Below, in pieces: positions 9,022 to 15,800 of a stretch of 20,000 nucleotides of DNA. Location of the stretch: IMG/VR virus record IMGVR_UViG_3300025141_000059; one strand, given 5' to 3'. Origin of the DNA: an uncultured virus (IMG/VR IMGVR_UViG_3300025141_000059). Lineage: Duplodnaviria; Heunggongvirae; Uroviricota; Caudoviricetes. The notes beneath the pieces are model-generated. The model made no database searches, was not told the DNA's origin, and saw only the letters and a list, made by a program, of their open reading frames with translations. The stretch's first letter is position 1, and each line of letters opens with the position of its first letter. The position numbers and the translations under genes are program-made.

Positions 9022-9953
9022 CAGGCAGTGAGCTCTTTATGTTTCACTCTCATAGAGTTCAACGATGTTGATCTCTTTGGATTCTTCATGTACAGGATCG
9101 CCTCATTGATGTTCTCTCCGACTATCTCGTCGTAGTAGTACACGGCACTTCCTATACGCGTAAGCGTCCCGCTCTCAATGAAGGAGAGTACTTCCGCTTG
9201 AATATCCACATCCTTGTCCAGGGCTGCTTTGAGGAACTTCTGTGGTGAAGACACCTTGATATCGTAAAGCATGTTCTCCACACTTTCTCCGTCAAGCCTC
9301 TCCACTGAGATCCCTTCAGCAAGTATACGTAGAAGGTTCTTCATTCTCACCCGGTTGTCAGATGCTTTGATGAACTCTCTGTCCGCATGCTTTGCCACCT
9401 GGATGGAATTGTGCTTCTTCTTGCTGTCCTTGGTAGGATCCTGCAGGTAGAAACGCATGTTCGATTTTGCCATCATCTCCACTTCGCTGTCAGCAACAAG
9501 GGGGTGTGCAAGTGCGAACTTGTATATGATGAAGTCTGATAGGGCGAGAGGCCAGTCATTCTGGTCTGTTCCAACCTCGAGCTCCCTGCCGGCAAACCCG
9601 ACCTTCACTCGTTGCTCAGCGTAGAAACGCCTTACATATCGACTCCATTCCCTATCAGAGCTGTCAACGTCCAAAAGAGGCTCCAGATACTTGATCTCGT
9701 CCTCTTTGCTGTCAAAAGCCTTTAAAGGTTGTCTGTTCTTGAATACACTCCCGAGAACCTGTTCGGCCTCTGCACTGATCTCCTTTGGAAGGTGACCGTG
9801 GATAGGGCGTCTACGTAGGTAGACCTTCTTAGAACCGAATGTAGGCTCTTCGATAACAGGTTTCTTTTTTTTGGGGGCTGGTGCAGCTTTTGTTTCAGTT
9901 ACTGCTTCTGTTCCGACATCAGGGCTGTCGACGGCCTCATTTTTCTTCGCCAT
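9021..9953 (-). CDS. Conserved crAss-like protein encoded directly after the MCP (gene 75-like)
   Basis: 310 aa with a low-complexity N-terminus, 'PL..SDFIIYKFALAHPLVA.S', 'RFYLQDP' and 'G.NINEAILYMKNPK'. It occupies the slot of the conserved post-MCP gene in crAss-like phages. Confidence 0.7.
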   Translation of the reverse strand: MAKKNEAVDSPDVGTEAVTETKAAPAPKKKKPVIEEPTFGSKKVYLRRRPIHGHLPKEISAEAEQVLGSVFKNRQPLKAFDSKEDEIKYLEPLLDVDSSDREWSRYVRRFYAEQRVKVGFAGRELEVGTDQNDWPLALSDFIIYKFALAHPLVADSEVEMMAKSNMRFYLQDPTKDSKKKHNSIQVAKHADREFIKASDNRVRMKNLLRILAEGISVERLDGESVENMLYDIKVSSPQKFLKAALDKDVDIQAEVLSFIESGTLTRIGSAVYYYDEIVGENINEAILYMKNPKRSTSLNSMRVKHKELTA

Positions 9954-9997
9954 TAGGCTAACTTTTAGGGTTCTTTCAAGATTAAATCTCCAGGATG

Positions 9998-10049
9998 AAA
10001 AGAATAACTCACCCGGAAGGGTGGAAGGCGGAACCTAAGTCCCGCCTCC
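9998..10049 (-). terminator. Double hairpin with T-tract after the major capsid gene; probable terminator
   Basis: Stem AGGCGG...CCGCCT (about 10026-10047) abuts CACCC-GGAA-GGGTG (10010-10023). On the minus strand it is followed by AGTTATTCTTTT. Confidence 0.65.
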
Positions 10050-10068
10050 CGAGGTATACATTGACCGC

Positions 10069-11523
10069 TTACGTAGCGATGCACTGCAGGTCAAGACTTG
10101 TGTCGAATCTACCAAGGCAGATAGCACCGGTCTTAAGCATGTGTACACTTGCTCCGTCAACGTCAGAAGCACGTGATGCTGAGCTGTCGAATCCTTTCGG
10201 AGTAACAGAACCTGCAACACACCATCTAAGGTGTTCACGTCCTTTTTTACTGATCATTCTCAAGTTGCTTACACCATCGTAAGATGATTGGTCAACGAAG
10301 ACCATTCTGTAAGACTCAAGGGAGTACCCAGTCACTGGGTGTAATCCTGCTGCTTCTGCAACCGGACCATGGTCGAACATTGGAAGCTTCACAACATTCA
10401 CAGTATGACCATCAACGTGGTCATAGCGCTTGAAGTATCCAGTAAGACCAAGGCTTCGTCCTGATCCGGTGATGAATCGTGTCTCACCTCCAACTTGCCA
10501 TTGGTTCGCTCCGAAGAAATCTTTCAACGCAGTGTCGAATTCCCGCATTCCACCGGTACCGGTGTAAAGCGTAACACTCTTCTTGTTCGCATCGGTCATT
10601 CCGTAGAACAGGTCTCCGATGATGTTGGTCAACTGCTGCTCAGTAAGCTGAGCGTACGTCTCACGGTTGATGATCTGCTCCAACAGGCCTGGACCGATAA
10701 CAACCGGCTGGCCGTTCTCATCCTTCATGTTGACGACTCCGTCGCCTCCATAGGTACGTTGTCCATACCAGTACAACATCTCGCACTCCTCTTTGAAGGC
10801 AAGCATGTGCTGATACTCTTCGTAGTCCATCCACATCTTAGTGGTAGAGCTTCCTTTGGTAGGAAGTGTGAACTCCGCAACATAGTCCTTAGCATTACCT
10901 GACATATGGTAAGACTTTCTTACTGTGGTCAGTTTGTTCCGGACCTTACCTGGCGCTTGCCAGTTGCTCGCGTTCCCACGAGAGAAGTCAGTCCCAACAG
11001 GTGCAAATAATTGCGCCCAAAGGTCTCCAGCTGTGAAACCGGCCGTTAAGACAGCGGCATTTTCCGGATTTACCAACTGCAGTGTGTAATCCCATCCAGA
11101 ACCACCTACAGCCTCTACCGGCTCCATCATGATACGAGCCTGCTCACCGTTACCGTTCACAAGAACGTATGGGTGAATGAAGAACTTGTCTGGGAATCTC
11201 AACACGAATGTTGATCCTCCCTGTCCCAAGTTTGCGACCGCATTGGTAACATGAAGTGGCCGTGTCATCAGCTTACGCGTCTGAATACGGTACTCATACT
11301 CCAAGCGGTCGATCGACTTGGTATTCTTCAGCCCCTCAGACAAGAATGAAAGCGGGAACCGCATTTCGTCTTTTCCTGAAAGGTGAGTGATTATTGGAGA
11401 CAGCTCTGTCGGTCTCGACAATAATGCATTAGATAGACTGTTCATATCAGTCATCTGGGAGTCGTTGAACAACACCCGCTGTACGCCGATGTTAGTTCCT
11501 CCAATAGGTGTTGTAATTGCCAT
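10069..11523 (-). CDS. Major capsid protein (crAss-like, HK97 fold)
   Basis: 484 aa with motifs I recall from crAss-like MCPs: 'TDMNSLSNALL..P', 'PGKVRNKLTTVRKSY..SGN', 'WMDYEEYQ', 'GPGLLEQI', 'LYTGTGGMREFD', 'H.DGHTV.V...PMFD.G', 'HPVTG..LESYRM.F.D', 'SDVDG.S.H.L...I'. Flanked by a scaffold-like gene and a terminator. Confidence 0.9.
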   Translation of the reverse strand: MAITTPIGGTNIGVQRVLFNDSQMTDMNSLSNALLSRPTELSPIITHLSGKDEMRFPLSFLSEGLKNTKSIDRLEYEYRIQTRKLMTRPLHVTNAVANLGQGGSTFVLRFPDKFFIHPYVLVNGNGEQARIMMEPVEAVGGSGWDYTLQLVNPENAAVLTAGFTAGDLWAQLFAPVGTDFSRGNASNWQAPGKVRNKLTTVRKSYHMSGNAKDYVAEFTLPTKGSSTTKMWMDYEEYQHMLAFKEECEMLYWYGQRTYGGDGVVNMKDENGQPVVIGPGLLEQIINRETYAQLTEQQLTNIIGDLFYGMTDANKKSVTLYTGTGGMREFDTALKDFFGANQWQVGGETRFITGSGRSLGLTGYFKRYDHVDGHTVNVVKLPMFDHGPVAEAAGLHPVTGYSLESYRMVFVDQSSYDGVSNLRMISKKGREHLRWCVAGSVTPKGFDSSASRASDVDGASVHMLKTGAICLGRFDTSLDLQCIAT

Positions 11524-11551
11524 TTTTACTTATTGTTTTAGCGGGGTTGGT

Positions 11552-12712
11552 TTAGCTTCCCATTTCTTCAAAATCAAATTCGATCTCATCGACAAGTTCT
11601 TTCGTGTCAGACGACGTCCTTCCAGCGCCATCCTTCCCTACTTTGTCCTTGTCTTTTAATCTTGACCTCAAATTCTTAGTAACAGTTGTCCTCGCTTTTG
11701 TAGCGATGAACTTGCTCATGTCGAGGTTCTTGAACATGAGGAAGTCGATAGCCAACTGCTGTTCCAAAGAGGCCTCACTGTGGTCGAAGTCCCGTTGGGT
11801 ATAGCCCTCTTTGGTAATAGGTTTTGTCACGTAGTCCAGAAACTTGGTTCTTTCCTTCCTTGACACCGGAATTCCGGATAATGTCTCATTGTCGTTGACG
11901 ATCTCTCTCACATCTTCCCAGGTCTTCTCAATATCCCTCTGTTGCTGTGCAACGATGGCTTCCTGCTCCTCTCTCAATGCCTGACGTCTTCCCTCCTGCG
12001 CTCTTGTCAGAGCTGTCCTTGCGGCAGTGGCCCTGTTTGCGAGGTGACCCTTATCTTCATAGGTTTCGATCATATCGTTCGCTATGGTAGGATCCTCTCC
12101 TCTTTGCCTAAAGTACTCAGTGAGGATGGCCTTCTGAGCAGCATCATCATCGTCTTTGATCTCAAGTCTTCCGTAGTCGACCTCCTGTCCGTACACCTGG
12201 AAGAACCTATCAACGTCTCCACCATTCTGTACGTGTTGAAAATGTGCTTTGATGGTCGGGTGCCTTTCAAAAATAGCGTCCAACTTCTCATTGGCCATCC
12301 TATCGCCTACATGCTTTGTGAGGTTCGCAATACCTTCTGGGGTATCTTCGAATTCCTCTTCCACTTCATAACCAAGAGTTGTAATGATCTCATTTACTAC
12401 AGTGTTCTCCTTTTCGTCATCATCGTTAAGTGGTCCTGCATCTGCATCGGCCCTTGCCTTTGCAGTTGCTTCTGTCACCCCTACGTCTGGGGTCTCCCCA
12501 CCGTCATCTTCTTTGGGAAGGTCCGTTGGTGAATCGATGTCTTCCAATTTTGGATCCGTTGGTGGTGGATCAACTGGTGATTCATCGATTGCGTCTTTTG
12601 GGTCCGTGCCTTCCGGGGCATCTATTGCCTCTGGGCCTGCAGGTGGATCATCTACGATCCCTCCTTCAAAGTCAAAGTCAAAGTCAGGTATTTCAATTGT
12701 GTCCTTACTCAT
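11552..12712 (-). CDS. Putative capsid scaffolding protein
   Basis: 386 aa with a very acidic, Pro-rich disordered N-terminus, a central Q/E/R coiled coil and a basic C-terminal stretch. It lies immediately upstream of the MCP. Confidence 0.75.
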   Translation of the reverse strand: MSKDTIEIPDFDFDFEGGIVDDPPAGPEAIDAPEGTDPKDAIDESPVDPPPTDPKLEDIDSPTDLPKEDDGGETPDVGVTEATAKARADADAGPLNDDDEKENTVVNEIITTLGYEVEEEFEDTPEGIANLTKHVGDRMANEKLDAIFERHPTIKAHFQHVQNGGDVDRFFQVYGQEVDYGRLEIKDDDDAAQKAILTEYFRQRGEDPTIANDMIETYEDKGHLANRATAARTALTRAQEGRRQALREEQEAIVAQQQRDIEKTWEDVREIVNDNETLSGIPVSRKERTKFLDYVTKPITKEGYTQRDFDHSEASLEQQLAIDFLMFKNLDMSKFIATKARTTVTKNLRSRLKDKDKVGKDGAGRTSSDTKELVDEIEFDFEEMGS

Positions 12713-12721
12713 GATGTTTTA

Positions 12722-12729
12722 CAAATTTA
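12722..12729 (-). promoter_or_regulatory. Bacteroidota-type -7 promoter element (TAnnTTTG) upstream of scaffold/MCP
   Basis: The minus strand reads TAAATTTG-TAAAACATC-ATG, matching the Bacteroidota primary-sigma -7 consensus. No TTTG -33 box is seen at the usual spacing. Confidence 0.5.
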
Positions 12730-12846
12730 TGTTCGATTCTGTTGTTTTCCGGTATTAGCGGTGTTTTTCCACCATCTCTTATTGTATAGCATTTACTGTC
12801 TATATCCTCCTAATTTAGGGTTCAGATCAAACCTGTTTCATTATGT

Positions 12847-15800
12847 CTATAGCTTCCATCCCTGTGATCCGTTATAATATCCTCCGTATTTGTTGTAACT
12901 GTGTTTCCGTGGCTTCAAAAGATCTTCTCCAAGCGCATTAAGTTTTTCTTTCCATGTACCATTTATTTCATCATATACTTCAATTCGATCCGTAGGGTCA
13001 TACGTGGTTAATGCTCTCTGCTCCTCACTGTTTCCCAGTCTATTCATTCTTGCCCTCATCTTCTCATTGATGGCATTGAATGCTCCTTCAGGCGGTTCCT
13101 TTCCAACCTTCTTGTACATCTCATTCCATCTGGCCAACTCTTTATTATAGTGCTTCATTACCACGTCATCTTTAAATGGAGATGAACCTTGATAAAGCTT
13201 GTCCATTCCTTTTATATCAGATCTCTCAATGGGATTGAATGAACTGAAAATATCATTCTTCAGATCTGCAGGGTACTTTTCCAGATTCTTCAAATACCTT
13301 ACAGTTTCCGATAGGGTCTGGTCAGGACCGAATTCCTTATTCAGAATCCTGAGCACATCTTCATCCAGAATATTCCTGTCCATCATTAATTCTGCCCGTC
13401 TCTTTTCAAATGCTGAAGGAAAATTGAGTGGTTTTAAAGCAGGAGTGCTTCCAAAGGACGCCTTTACCCCAAGCTGATCTCTCAATGGAGCGGTCTTATC
13501 AGACATTCCTCTTTCCACCATGTCTCTACCCATTTTATTCAAGGCATCCAAATGCTCAGGAGATTTTGGTTTTTTTCCAAATATATCTCCAAGAAGATCA
13601 CCGAGTCCTTCAGGAGGAAGACCTGCAGCCTCACGAGCAGCTTCTGCCGCCATGTCATCAGATGTAGGGTAATGTTGAATATGATCGTCTAAGAACTTTT
13701 CTTTTGTAATTCCTTCTTCTAATATATCATCCCACATCTGTGGGTATTCATTTCTTCCCTCGGGCATCTTTCCTTCCAGTGACCTGTTCAATCCCCTGTA
13801 ATTCATATCCCTGTACGCTTGCATCGGAGTCTTCATATTCGCTAATCTATTCCCTGCATATCTTGCTCCTGCTCCAAGTCCTGCTCCTATCATTCCTGCT
13901 CCCATCTCCCAAGTGGCACCTTCCACCATACTGTTTCCTCTTCCTTTCCATCCTTTTCTTCCAGCGTCAAGTTCTTCCTGAGAGGGTCCTTCCAATGTGA
14001 ACATGGTTCTTGGAAGAAGTGCTGCCTTTGTTCCTGCATCATGAAAGGTTCTTGCCACTTTCTCAGTTCCTGACAATGGTATATTCAAGGGAGATGCTCC
14101 AGGTCCATATCCAGCTTCACGTATCCCTCTTCCTGCCCATGGTTCCAGAGGCTGGATCTCTTCAAGTTCTCCCAGAGGTCGAGGCATAGCTACACCAGTG
14201 CTTTCAGCCGGACCCCCGTTCTGCATCATCTTCTTTTCCCACCAAGTTCCACCGTTACGCATTTTCGGTTTAGTTGGTTTTATTTTCTTATCAAGGTAAT
14301 CAGTTATCTCCTGTATATTGAACATCGCTCCATACAGGCCAGCTGTAGCGGTTCCTGCGCCAGTAGCTGTAATTATATCTTTATTCCTGTCGAACTTATG
14401 TTTCAATGACGTCTTCCCTGTTCTTTCAGCTACAATGTCTGGAAGATGAACACGTCTGTCGATCATCTTTGCATTAGGAATGTCCGCTCCTGTATTCACA
14501 CGGAGTCTTTCAAGATACTTGTTCGCCATTTCCAAGGTCTCCTCTGACCCCCCTCCTTCTGGAACGAATTTCTTTCCAGAACTGTTCATTGGATTGAATG
14601 CTCCTGTATGACTTATATTGAAGTCACCTTTTCTTACTGCAGATCCAAGTTTTGGATAGAGAAGTCTAAAGGAGTCTGAAGACAATGATTGTTCGCTGAA
14701 TCTATTTCCGGCACCCAAAACCCCTTCCTCTATATCCTTTGCTTTTGAGTGAGCCGCAGTCGGAGATACGCCGAACATTGAGTGGGCATCAGAATCTCCA
14801 GGAAGCTTGTTTTGAGAGTTGTAAAAAAGAGCCTTTGGAGATAATTTACCTTTTTGATATGCTTGTTTTAGCGGTAAGATAAGGTTCCTTTTTGGATCTT
14901 TAATAGCGCCATGAAATTTTTGAATAGGGCTTCTTCTAGCAAGATACGACCTTGGTGGTCCCAATGTACTGCTGAGGAAATCTCTCATGGCTGCATCGTC
15001 AATTCTCCCAACGATGTTTGGATCGATACCATCTGCATAGAATTGGAGGCCCTGTAAGTAGTCTTCGGATTCTACTGCGTCTCGAATATCAAGTTCCTGG
15101 CTCATTCTTCGCATGTTTTCTCGATCAACAATCGCGTTGTGATCATCGACAGTCATCACATCCATTTCGGCATCAAGATCGTGGCTTCGCATCTCAACCG
15201 CGTTTGAACGTTCGTAGTATGCATCCATTCTCTTTTGAGTCTCACCGCCTTTCATTTGTCTAGGCTGAAGCCCTTCTTCTGCGGCTGCATCAAAGAAGTC
15301 AGCTCTATCTCCAGAGTTCTGCGCGACTTCGTCTAGAATCCTTTCTTGTCCCTTGGTATAGCCTCTTCTTCCATTATAAATCCTCTTCGCTCCTTTGTAC
15401 ATTCCATATCCTACAAATGGAAGGGCTGCAGCTCCTGCTGCGATACCTACGGTTCCCCAGTCCCTGTCCTTAATTGCTTTTACAAGATGCATGACATCTC
15501 TGGCATCTCCGTATCCAGGAGCGAAGTCTGCGGAACTATTGATAACGTCAGCAGCACTTTCCATATTCTCTCTTGCAGCATATGCTATAGGGTCGTGTTT
15601 CTGACTCCAGTTACGTACTGCTGTAGGATTGGTCCTGTCCAGAGTATCTTCCACCTTAACCTCTGGTAGCATGTGTCCCCATGCTGGGCCTGCGTTATAC
15701 GCTGTAGAAGGGATGTGTTCAGGTGCACCATCTTGATACTTAGGAAGTTCTCCACCTGTTTGATACTTAGGTAGAGATCCTCCGTATTCATATGGCAAAC

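Noticed and set aside
9864..9877. T-run plus G-run as a possible slippage/frameshift site
   Set aside because: It encodes PKKKK in a low-complexity N-terminus, and no alternative-frame ORF suggests programmed frameshifting.
12667..12685. Short hexamer tandem (TCAAAG)x3
   Set aside because: It encodes DFDFDF at the scaffold N-terminus and is too short to support a separate element.
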